Assembly (NCBI RefSeq): GCF_018336915.1
Contig: NZ_CP064921.1
Location: forward strand, 60,001-92,000
DNA length: 32,000 bases
Reading direction: 5' to 3'
Source: Acaryochloris marina S15
Lineage (GTDB): Bacteria > Cyanobacteriota > Cyanobacteriia > Thermosynechococcales > Thermosynechococcaceae
Each line of letters starts with the position of its first letter. Positions within the stretch are counted from its first letter, which is position 1. The notes beneath the pieces are model-generated. The model did not search any database. It was not told the origin of the DNA and was given only the letters and a program-made list of their open reading frames with translations. Positions 17,359-24,559 of the stretch are shown one piece after another. Both the position numbers and the translations under genes were made by a program.

Positions 17359-17422
17359 TGTGGAAAACAGCCTGTAGGCTGTGGAGAACTTTAGATATAT
17401 TGTGGCTAACCTGTGGAGAACT
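17359..17422 (+). promoter_or_regulatory. Array of four TGTGGnnAAC direct repeats upstream of the RRM protein gene
   Basis: TGTGGAAAAC at 17359, TGTGGAGAAC at 17380, TGTGGCTAAC at 17401 and TGTGGAGAAC at 17413. Spacings are 21, 21 and 12 nt. The 12-mer ctgtggagaact occurs twice exactly. Confidence 0.4.
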
Positions 17423-17673
17423 CACAATGATTTTCTCAATAAAGCAATCTAATTGAGTTACTCACAAATAGTCATTCATCATAAACCAGAGTCTCTGTAA
17501 AGATTTCTGCTTCAACCAACATCTAATATGGGGATCGGTTAGCATATTCACTGAGATAATTAGTATCGGGTTCCCGTTAGTTTTCAGAATTGCTTGATTT
17601 TTTCCAGTTCAATTTTCAAGGCCACGCACCGAAATCTATATCTCTACACATTATTGATTTTGGGAATTAATTC

Positions 17674-17946
17674 ATGTCTATTTACGTTGGTAACCTTTCC
17701 TATGACGTTACGGAGAAAGACCTAGGCTCAGTTTTTGCTGAATATGGAACCGTAAAAAGTGCCAAGCTTCCGACTGACCGCGAAACAGGGCGGATTAGAG
17801 GATTTGGTTTTGTCGAGATGGGTGATGATACCGAAGAAGCTAAAGCCATCGATGAACTAGAGGGGGCTGAATGGATGGGACGTACCCTGAAAGTGAATAA
17901 GGCAAAGCCCCGTGAAAATAGAGGTGGTGGTGGTAACCGCTGGTAG
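17674..17946 (+). CDS. RRM-type RNA-binding protein (cyanobacterial Rbp family, short Gly-rich tail)
   Basis: RNP2 IYVGNLS, RNP1 RGFGFVEM, and a C-terminal RENRGGGGNRW. Confidence 0.95.
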   Translation: MSIYVGNLSYDVTEKDLGSVFAEYGTVKSAKLPTDRETGRIRGFGFVEMGDDTEEAKAIDELEGAEWMGRTLKVNKAKPRENRGGGGNRW

Positions 17947-17971
17947 AGCTAATTTGAATTAATGGAATCTG

Positions 17972-18005
17972 ATCTCATAGCTCAATTGTTTTAGGGCTAT
18001 GAGAT
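17972..18005. terminator. Hairpin between convergent genes (possible bidirectional terminator)
   Basis: The stem atctcatagc (17972..17981) pairs with gctatgagat (17996..18005). An outer aatctg/cagatt extension is possible. No clear U-tract follows, and the hairpin overlaps the stop of the minus-strand ORF. Confidence 0.3.
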
Positions 18006-18389
18006 TACCTGATCAGATTTCTCCGCTTCACTTATAACAGCTTCCACACCCACCACCGTGACCGTGACTCCTTTTCGCTGACACTCAAAACGATAGAGTT
18101 TTCTATCCTCCAACTTCTCCAAGCACTCCTCACTGATCAGAGGTGAGTGCTGAAGAATCCTCCTATTGTTATCCAGCTTCTGATCACGCTGGACTAAGAC
18201 TCTTTGCTTGTGTGCATTCCACACTCCGATCAACACCCAAGCTTCAGGCTTCTCAGGGGTTACCTCAATCGCCCCTGCGAATTGTGTGAAGAATATTTGA
18301 CCATCAATAATCTGGGGATAGCATTTGACCATCAAGGGTCTATCCAAGGCGGCTTTAGTAAATTTTGCGAATCGATGCTTTACTCTCAA
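17997..18389 (-). CDS. Hypothetical protein. It may be the 3' part of one gene together with 18413..18844.
   Basis: 130-aa ORF with a TTG start. The frame stays open upstream (GEKERPNYFLELDGHQIPL...) back into the end of the preceding ORF. No recognisable motif. Confidence 0.5.
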   Translation of the reverse strand: MRVKHRFAKFTKAALDRPLMVKCYPQIIDGQIFFTQFAGAIEVTPEKPEAWVLIGVWNAHKQRVLVQRDQKLDNNRRILQHSPLISEECLEKLEDRKLYRFECQRKGVTVTVVGVEAVISEAEKSDQVIS

Positions 18390-18412
18390 GGGAATCTGAT
18401 GACCGTCAAGCT

Positions 18413-18844
18413 CTAGAAAGTAATTGGGTCGTTCCTTCTCCCCTCAACCTCCTGAACCCGGATGATTCCCGGAAGTCGGCACCAGGCCCGATGGGTGCCA
18501 TTGCCAGAGAGCAGAGGCTGTCTCTTATTTCGCTGCTTTCGCTGCTTAGATTTTGCCTGGGGAGTTTTTGTCGCCTGCTGTTGCTGGGGTGTTGCTTTGG
18601 GTTTTCCCTTGGCCTGATCCTGGTCTGTGGATTGACGTTTGGTACTAGCCTGAGAGGCTTTTGGTATTTCTTTTGATGGTGCTTTGGCAGAACCTGTTGT
18701 GAGTTGTTCTATCTGAAGCTGAGATTCGAGTTTCGCAATCGTTCGTTTTAGGAGAAGGGCAGCAGTTTCGTTGTTGCACTGCTCAAGCTGAACTTTGAGT
18801 TGGTTGAGCTTGTCGATAGTTGCAGAGGGCATAGGAAACCTCAC
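18413..18844 (-). CDS. Hypothetical coiled-coil/Lys-Gln-rich protein, a paralog of the N-terminal extension of the RNB exoribonuclease
   Basis: MPSATIDKLNQLKVQLEQCNNETAALLLKRTIAKLESQLQ aligns with MPISTSEKLSQLRQQLQECTNPTAAKLLKSAITKLESQLN of ORF 3749..6088. The upstream DNA is also similar. Confidence 0.55.
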   Translation of the reverse strand: MRFPMPSATIDKLNQLKVQLEQCNNETAALLLKRTIAKLESQLQIEQLTTGSAKAPSKEIPKASQASTKRQSTDQDQAKGKPKATPQQQQATKTPQAKSKQRKQRNKRQPLLSGNGTHRAWCRLPGIIRVQEVEGRRNDPITF

Positions 18845-19321
18845 TAGGGACAGACTTGCGGCTATTCTAGTGTATGAAGTGAGGCTTTGGGTGAAATTTA
18901 GGTTTCTTGCCAGGAAACGTCATACAACCCTTGCCCAGACTTAAGATCATAGACATTATGAATAGTTGAGCTTTCCAAGGAATACTCCTAGAAAAATCCT
19001 TGCGATACACTCAGGAAAGACGTGCCATCGCGGAATTTGTCATTGCCATGGATCTGTTACGGGAGGGTGACCTTACGGGAATCTCAAGGCACTCTATTGG
19101 GGTGATATTGGTAAGAAAGCTCACAAAGCATTGCAAGCTGTCAACCAATTGATTTGGCAAGGTCGACTTAAGATAAACAAGGTGACTCATAAGATGGGCA
19201 ATGTAAGAACTTGTGAAACAGCAAGTAAGTTTAATCGTTGATAAGATTATCCAAATCCACAGTCCAGATTAATTTAGGAAAGAATGTAATTACTTATTAA
19301 AAAATCAGAACTAGTTGGTAC

Positions 19322-20131
19322 CTATACTGATTCTTCAACTGCTTTTGCTATATCTAAGTACTTATCTGGTCGCCTATCAAGGAAAAGATTATTCCTTGAT
19401 GTAATTGATTTATCCCTAGCTAGACTCAAATCAATGTCTGAGATCATTACTTCTTCTTGATTATTCGAAGCTTGGGTCAAAATATTACCTTTGGGGTCAC
19501 AAATAATTGAGCTTCCTGTAAACGTAAGATCTCTCTCAGTACCTATACGGTTAGCCGTCACGACGAAAATTCGATTGCATATTGAATGTCCAGGTATGGT
19601 CTTTTGGCACAAACCAGGTAAAACAATATTTGAGGGATGACAAATAATATCGGCCCCTTTAAGAGCAAGAATTCTCCATGCTTCAGGGAACACCCAATCA
19701 AAACAAATCAACATCCCAATTTTACAAATACCAATATCATATACAGAATAATCTGTATTCCCAGGAGAGAAAAAATCTTTCTCATTTAGAAAAAGATGTG
19801 ACTTTCTATAAACTTCTATATATCCATTTGGTCCAACTAGAATAGAAGAATTATACAAATCATTATTAGATTTTTCACAAAAACCTGAAACAATATACAA
19901 ATTGTAGTCATTAGACTTTTCGTGAAGAAAACGAATAAATTTACTATCCGTGATAGATTCACTTAAGTCTAGAGCTTGTTGCCTAGAGTTAAAAGCATAT
20001 CCAGAATTACACAATTCTGGTAACACAAGAATATCTGAATTTTTGCCTTTATCAATTAGGTATTCTAGGCGTTCTAAAGTTTGAGTTGGCTTACCGAGAA
20101 TAGGTGAGAACTGTATAAAACCTACTTTCAT
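19322..20131 (-). CDS. Carbon-nitrogen hydrolase (nitrilase superfamily) protein
   Basis: Catalytic triad contexts VLPELCNSGY (Glu), VYRKSHLF (Lys) and GMLICFDWVFPE (Cys). Confidence 0.85.
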   Translation of the reverse strand: MKVGFIQFSPILGKPTQTLERLEYLIDKGKNSDILVLPELCNSGYAFNSRQQALDLSESITDSKFIRFLHEKSNDYNLYIVSGFCEKSNNDLYNSSILVGPNGYIEVYRKSHLFLNEKDFFSPGNTDYSVYDIGICKIGMLICFDWVFPEAWRILALKGADIICHPSNIVLPGLCQKTIPGHSICNRIFVVTANRIGTERDLTFTGSSIICDPKGNILTQASNNQEEVMISDIDLSLARDKSITSRNNLFLDRRPDKYLDIAKAVEESV

Positions 20132-20169
20132 TTCATTAAGCCCAAGAAGTAGAGTAATTTTGAAAATAA

Positions 20170-20628
20170 TTAAACAAACTGAAGCAAACCAATATTATAT
20201 AAATTTGGATTAACGACTCTTCTCATGTCAGGTTGTAGAACTTCTACAATAAGCATTTCAACCAAAAAAAGTACTTTAGCACTTAATAGATGACTTGTAT
20301 GCCCAGAGGCAGAATAGTTTTTTATCCCAGTACTAACATGAATATGAGGAGATATTTTATCTTCGTCAGAATCATAGGCAATAGTACCACATCCACAAGC
20401 TTCTACATTGTTTAAGTGCACCTTATCCCATACTGGAGCATTGACATCATCAACCTTGCTGCAAGTTCCCACTAATTCTACTTCTGAGAATCCAGCAATA
20501 AACATTGGGATATATCCTTGATTTACTTTATTTTCTTTACAAAAGCTTGAAAGCTCTTGAAAAAAATCTGATTGATGTTCGAAAGTAACACCAAAAGTTC
20601 TTCCTGTTTTTAGCTCTGTACTTTTCAT
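20170..20628 (-). CDS. PPC (DUF296) domain protein
   Basis: GRTFGVTFEHQSDFFQELSSFCKENKVNQGYIPMFIAGFSEVEL...CGCGTIAYD...ISPHIHVSTG...GHTSHLL...LFLVEMLIVEV follows the PPC/DUF296 pattern. I prefer the ATG at 20628, 4 nt after the upstream stop, over the TTG at 20652 used by the track. Confidence 0.7.
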   Translation of the reverse strand: MKSTELKTGRTFGVTFEHQSDFFQELSSFCKENKVNQGYIPMFIAGFSEVELVGTCSKVDDVNAPVWDKVHLNNVEACGCGTIAYDSDEDKISPHIHVSTGIKNYSASGHTSHLLSAKVLFLVEMLIVEVLQPDMRRVVNPNLYNIGLLQFV

Positions 20629-20632
20629 ATGA

Positions 20633-21724
20633 TCAATTAGGTAATATTCCAAGAAATTCTTTAACAGATGTCGAGCAACTAATTCTATTTAAATAGCTAA
20701 TTTGATTTTCAATATCAGAAAAGAACGAACTACTCAAATTGCTAGTAGATATTATTTTATCAACATCTTCACATAATCTATCATCATCAAATAATTCATC
20801 ATAGAAAGAGCTGAAGGCTGAAATAGAGCAATAGTCTAGAAGAAGTTCTGTAATCTCACAATTTTCAGAAAGGTAATATAAAGCTATTAATTCTTTATCA
20901 TGTACAGATATCATATCTGCATCGACAAACATTTTTATTTTGCAATCGATATTGTCTAAAATTTTAACATCAACACCTATTTTTTCATGTAAATATGCGT
21001 TCATAATAGCATTATTTCTTACTCTAAAATCTAATGAATTTAAGATAAATATTCGTTTAATTTTAACTCCATTTTTTAGCAGGTTGACATTAGTCGCCAT
21101 ATACATTTTTCCTGCAATAGATGACCACCACTTCTTTAATTCAGTATCTAAAACCATTGCTAGTAAAGTTTCTCTTGTTTCACTCACAAGCTTATTAACA
21201 ATTAATTGCCATTCATCTCTAAAACTCATTCTTTTTGTGTTAGAGCTGAGAAAATCTTCAGTAAAACCTTTTTTCAGAAAATATTTTTTTAAAAGTTCAC
21301 TAATAATATCTGACTTGATCTGGCATGAGCCAACATAGTTATTTTGACTCTTTTCATAGTGAATATAAGAAGTCGGTGATGAACAAGCTTCTTTCTTATT
21401 AATTTTATACTGACTCAGCAAAATTGGAACTTTGTTCCAGCGCATTCTATAATTTTCTGGTAGGTTTAATAATAAGCTTAAACAAGGATAAACATCTCTC
21501 GACAAAACCGTTCTAATGGTCCCTGATGATTGTCTGCTTTCAGGATTAAAGGTTTCAGCAATATTCGATGGAGATTGTCCTAGCAAAGTGCATTCTAAGT
21601 ATTGCTTGGCACTATTTGACAAGCTCCGTTTATTCACCATCTCTAAATCAGAGTACAATCTTTGAAGATCCCACTCTTTATCCACTGGTGAAGTATTTCT
21701 ATATTGAGAATAGGGTATTTCCAT
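20633..21724 (-). CDS. Hypothetical protein with a probable N-terminal LuxR/sigma-region-4-like HTH and an unassigned C-terminal domain
   Basis: LSNSAKQYLECTLLGQSPSNIAETF...SGTIRTVLSRDVYPCLSLLL resembles the HTH module found at the N-termini of cyanobacterial signalling proteins. The C-terminal part (KIKRIFILNSLDF...GVDVKILDNIDC...) is not recognised. Confidence 0.6.
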   Translation of the reverse strand: MEIPYSQYRNTSPVDKEWDLQRLYSDLEMVNKRSLSNSAKQYLECTLLGQSPSNIAETFNPESRQSSGTIRTVLSRDVYPCLSLLLNLPENYRMRWNKVPILLSQYKINKKEACSSPTSYIHYEKSQNNYVGSCQIKSDIISELLKKYFLKKGFTEDFLSSNTKRMSFRDEWQLIVNKLVSETRETLLAMVLDTELKKWWSSIAGKMYMATNVNLLKNGVKIKRIFILNSLDFRVRNNAIMNAYLHEKIGVDVKILDNIDCKIKMFVDADMISVHDKELIALYYLSENCEITELLLDYCSISAFSSFYDELFDDDRLCEDVDKIISTSNLSSSFFSDIENQISYLNRISCSTSVKEFLGILPN

Positions 21725-22015
21725 ACTCCGTAATAGAAATCAACAAACTCAATACAAGAGTACCATATAAACAGTTCTATAGTTAACACATAAATAATTA
21801 GATGAAAATACATTTATTTATTCAATAAATTCATATTTTATAAAAATTATTTTGTGATATACAACATATTTCATAAATACTCTTATTCATGTATAGAGCT
21901 AGTAGTTATTCAAATAATTACTTAATTCTTTTATAGGCAATTATGTCTCATTTTTTAACTTACCTATGCTCATACATTACTGCACTGTTAGCAAGATAAA
22001 CTCATCTGCATAGAA

Positions 22016-22083
22016 CTATTGACAGCGCAACTAACAACTTGTTAACAAGAACGTCAACAAGTTGTTAGTTGCGCTGTCAATAG
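22016..22083. repeat. Perfect 28-bp inverted repeat with a 12-nt spacer, in the AT-rich divergent intergenic region
   Basis: ctattgacagcgcaactaacaacttgtt (22016..22043), aacaagaacgtc, then aacaagttgttagttgcgctgtcaatag (22056..22083). Each arm contains TTGACA. An imperfect outer extension pairs aactcatctg (22000..22009) with catatgagtt (22104..22113). Confidence 0.9.
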
Positions 22084-22243
22084 CTTTTATTCATACTGCA
22101 TTCATATGAGTTCTTTTTGACCTGATCTGATGTGTATTTTTCATATCAATGATTTTTATAGCCTTTGAAGTCTTCAATCATGAGCTTAAGGTCCTATCTA
22201 TTTAGGTCTTCAACTTATATATTTTCTACCAGGAGTTTAATTA

Positions 22244-22720
22244 ATGAGCTATTTAGAAGTTGATAATTCATTTACCAAGCTGAAACTATCAGATATAACT
22301 CTTGATAATGAAATACAACCCCGTCAACAACTTAATCAGGAGGTGGTTACTAAATATGCTGAGGCAATGAGGCAAGGGACTAAGTTCCCACCAGTGGTTG
22401 TTTTTTTTGATGGCGATAGTTACTGGTTAGCTGATGGATTTCATCGATTTCTGGCTAAGCAGGTTATAGCTGAACAAAAAATTTCGACTGAGGTGCGGCC
22501 TGGTTCTCGATACGATGCGAAACTTTACTCTACAAGTGCCAAGATGACTCCTAGTGATGTACATAGCAGTGAAGAAAAACACAGGTTTTTTGAGAACATC
22601 TTGTATGATGGCGAAAGTGAGCCTCTACAATTTTTGGACCAATCACCAAATCGCTCTAGAAGGAAGAGAGGACAGACTATTGCAACTAATTGTTCAGAAA
22701 CTCTAACTAACATATCTTAA
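22244..22720 (+). CDS. ParB/Srx N-terminal-domain protein (short, AT-rich copy)
   Basis: DNEIQPRQQLNQEVVTKYAEAMRQGTKFPPVVVFFDGDSYWLADGFHRFLA is a ParB-like nuclease/Srx domain pattern. AGGAG lies 9 nt upstream of the ATG. Paralogous to 22810..23889 over ~120 aa. Confidence 0.75.
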   Translation: MSYLEVDNSFTKLKLSDITLDNEIQPRQQLNQEVVTKYAEAMRQGTKFPPVVVFFDGDSYWLADGFHRFLAKQVIAEQKISTEVRPGSRYDAKLYSTSAKMTPSDVHSSEEKHRFFENILYDGESEPLQFLDQSPNRSRRKRGQTIATNCSETLTNIS

Positions 22721-22809
22721 TAAAAGACTTGTAATTCTCTCAATTGTCTATTATCAGGAAGGTTTAGATGCTTAGATAGCGATATATTGTTGTCTACCAC
22801 TAGCCCTTG

Positions 22810-23889
22810 ATGCCATCCGAACCTTCTATTCAGTCTGTGGCCATAGCAAAAATTCGTATGGATGGCGGCACCCAACCTCGCGCTCAATTATTTGAAGAAG
22901 TGGTTGCTGAATATGCTGAAGACATGCAGCAAGGTGCGATTTTCCCTCCAGTAATCATCTATTACGATGGGGAAGTGTATTGGCTAGCTGATGGTTTCCA
23001 TAGAGTACGTGCTAGAGAAGCCATAGGATCAAAAGAAGTTACTGCTGATGTGCGTCTCGGAACACAGCGAGATGCTGTACTATACGCAGTTGGAGCTAAT
23101 GCAGCGCATGGACTACGAAGAACAAATGCAGACAAGCATCGGGCTGTTAGAAGGTTACTTCGTGATAAGGAATGGATGAAATGGAGTGATCGAGAAATAG
23201 CACGGCGTTGTGGAGTCGCAAACAGTTTTGTTGGACGTATACGCAAAAGCCTATCCGTTCCTGAAGAACAGACAAGCCATGACACAGAAGGATCAGATGT
23301 AAACCCTTTCGTACGCCTGGCGAAAAGAGGTGGAACTATTTTCGAGATGGACACAACAAATATCCGCGATAGACCTCAACCTGAACAAAAGAAGTCTATT
23401 AAGCGCTCACGAGCAAAGAAACAACCTGCTTCTCCTAAGCCCCTTAAGGAGCAACCCATAAAAGTTGAAGAGGGGGATACCTGGAAACTAGGTAAATCTC
23501 ATTATTTGTTTTGCGGGGATGGCTCATCTAGTAAGTTTCTAAAACTTTTCCCACCTGAAGTAGCATTACTTCTATATTTTCCAAGACAAAGGGAAGACTG
23601 GACACAGGCTATAACGCTACAAGCTAAAAGTACACTGTTATTTCACACCTTCTATGGAGAGGATATAGATCTGAAAAATTTGAGAAAAATTATTGAAAAT
23701 TGTCTTTCCACTACAACGGATGCCGATGATTCCATAGTTGTTGTCAATCTTGCAGATCCCTTGCTCTTTATTTTAATGGAGAGCTTATTCTGCTCTTGTT
23801 ACTGCGCTGAGCCTGACCCCCAGCGTTGTACAGATGCTCTTACCGCTTGGGCAGCAATCAACCAGAGAGTGAAAAAATTATCCACCTAG
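22810..23889 (+). CDS. ParB/Srx N-terminal-domain protein with an HTH-like middle region and a truncated, degenerate methyltransferase-like C-terminal region
   Basis: DGGTQPRAQLFEEVVAEYAEDMQQGAIFPPVIIYYDGEVYWLADGFHRVRA, then WSDREIARRCGVANSFVGRIRK (HTH-like). The tail GDTWKLGKSHYLFCGDGSS resembles the G-D-x-W-x-LG-x-H-x-L-x-CGD lead-in of ParB-fused N6/N4 methylases. LLLYFPRQ sits where (T)DPPY would be expected. I prefer the ATG at 22810 over the TTG at 22807. Confidence 0.75.
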   Translation: MPSEPSIQSVAIAKIRMDGGTQPRAQLFEEVVAEYAEDMQQGAIFPPVIIYYDGEVYWLADGFHRVRAREAIGSKEVTADVRLGTQRDAVLYAVGANAAHGLRRTNADKHRAVRRLLRDKEWMKWSDREIARRCGVANSFVGRIRKSLSVPEEQTSHDTEGSDVNPFVRLAKRGGTIFEMDTTNIRDRPQPEQKKSIKRSRAKKQPASPKPLKEQPIKVEEGDTWKLGKSHYLFCGDGSSSKFLKLFPPEVALLLYFPRQREDWTQAITLQAKSTLLFHTFYGEDIDLKNLRKIIENCLSTTTDADDSIVVVNLADPLLFILMESLFCSCYCAEPDPQRCTDALTAWAAINQRVKKLST

Positions 23890-24308
23890 CTGATAACTAT
23901 GCACACTGAAAAACCTTTACAAACAAATTAATCACACCTAGAACATCCTGACGAACTCCTATCAAAATTTTGTAGTAAGATCACGTTAAGTATTTTTTAC
24001 TGAATATAAGAGTATCTTTCTTCAGCAAGTCTTTTCCCTAGCTTCTAACCACAAGACTAGCGTTGTCCAAACTATCCAAGCTTTGACTAACTTTCCCTAC
24101 GATCGGCAGTAGCAAAAGCTATTGCGGTCCTCAAACCTTTCGTGAGAATCAACTCATGAGACATATCTTGACACTCCTCCACTCGTTTTGGGATGTGTCT
24201 CTCGGTATTTAAAGACGCTGAACCCTTGATCGATCAACGCTTTCAGTGTATTTGTACTCTAATACTTAAAGATTACGGAGGTAAGAACAATGTAAGTCCA
24301 TTAAACGT

Positions 24309-24338
24309 AAAAAACCCCGACTGGTCGAAGAGTCAGGG
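24309..24338 (-). terminator. Rho-independent terminator (minus strand)
   Basis: On the minus strand the RNA reads CCCUGACU-cuucgacc-AGUCGGGG. This is an 8-bp stem with one G.U pair, followed by UUUUUU. Confidence 0.7.
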
Positions 24339-24426
24339 CTTCTTGCGTCCAAGCATTCTGAATAACAGAGGACTTGAACTTGATGCTTTTTTGCTAGGCA
24401 TGGGTTCGGACCTCCAAAGGAGCCGT
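24309..24426 (-). ncRNA. Predicted ~118-nt small RNA upstream of the replication-type gene (candidate copy-control RNA)
   Basis: It is bounded by a near-consensus promoter (24433..24460) and a canonical intrinsic terminator (24309..24338). The minus strand has no plausible ORF, and two further hairpins are visible by eye. Confidence 0.5.
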
Positions 24427-24432
24427 GTGTTT

Positions 24433-24460
24433 ATTTTACCTTAAGACACATACTGGTCAA
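24433..24460 (-). promoter_or_regulatory. Sigma-70-type promoter on the minus strand
   Basis: -35 TTGACC (24460..24455), a 16-nt spacer, and -10 TAAAAT (24438..24433). Confidence 0.5.
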
Positions 24461-24482
24461 GTTTCCTATGGAAATTTTGACC
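24455..24482. promoter_or_regulatory. Imperfect palindrome whose arms are back-to-back TTGACC -35 hexamers (candidate operator)
   Basis: GGTCAAGTTTCC-TAT-GGAAATTTTGACC. The left arm is the -35 of the minus-strand promoter. The right arm is a plus-strand TTGACC with a possible -10 TACATC (24501..24506, 18-nt spacer). Confidence 0.45.
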
Positions 24483-24559
24483 AAATGGCTCCCTACTCAC
24501 TACATCTAGGGACAAAACCATGACTTCACTCCCCCTATCCTATGCCTGGGAGCTAGCCC

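Noticed and set aside
18950-19320. Possible gene remnant or att site at the left edge of the AT-rich island (short frames such as …RRAIAEFVIAMDLLREGDLTG… and a 59-codon minus-strand ORF)
   Set aside because: No recognisable motif and no start/SD context. I could find no direct repeat shared with the right edge (~22720-22810).
24355-24415. tRNA-like GTTCAAGTCC (minus strand) and GGTTCGGACC (plus strand) strings, possibly marking a tRNA integration site
   Set aside because: I tried to build a T-arm around both. The flanking 5-nt segments are not complementary and no acceptor stem can be formed, so this is not a tRNA or tRNA fragment.
24193-24444. 83-aa plus-strand ORF upstream of the replication-type gene
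   Set aside because: It overlaps the predicted minus-strand sRNA with its promoter and terminator. It has no SD and an odd composition, so it is more likely non-coding.
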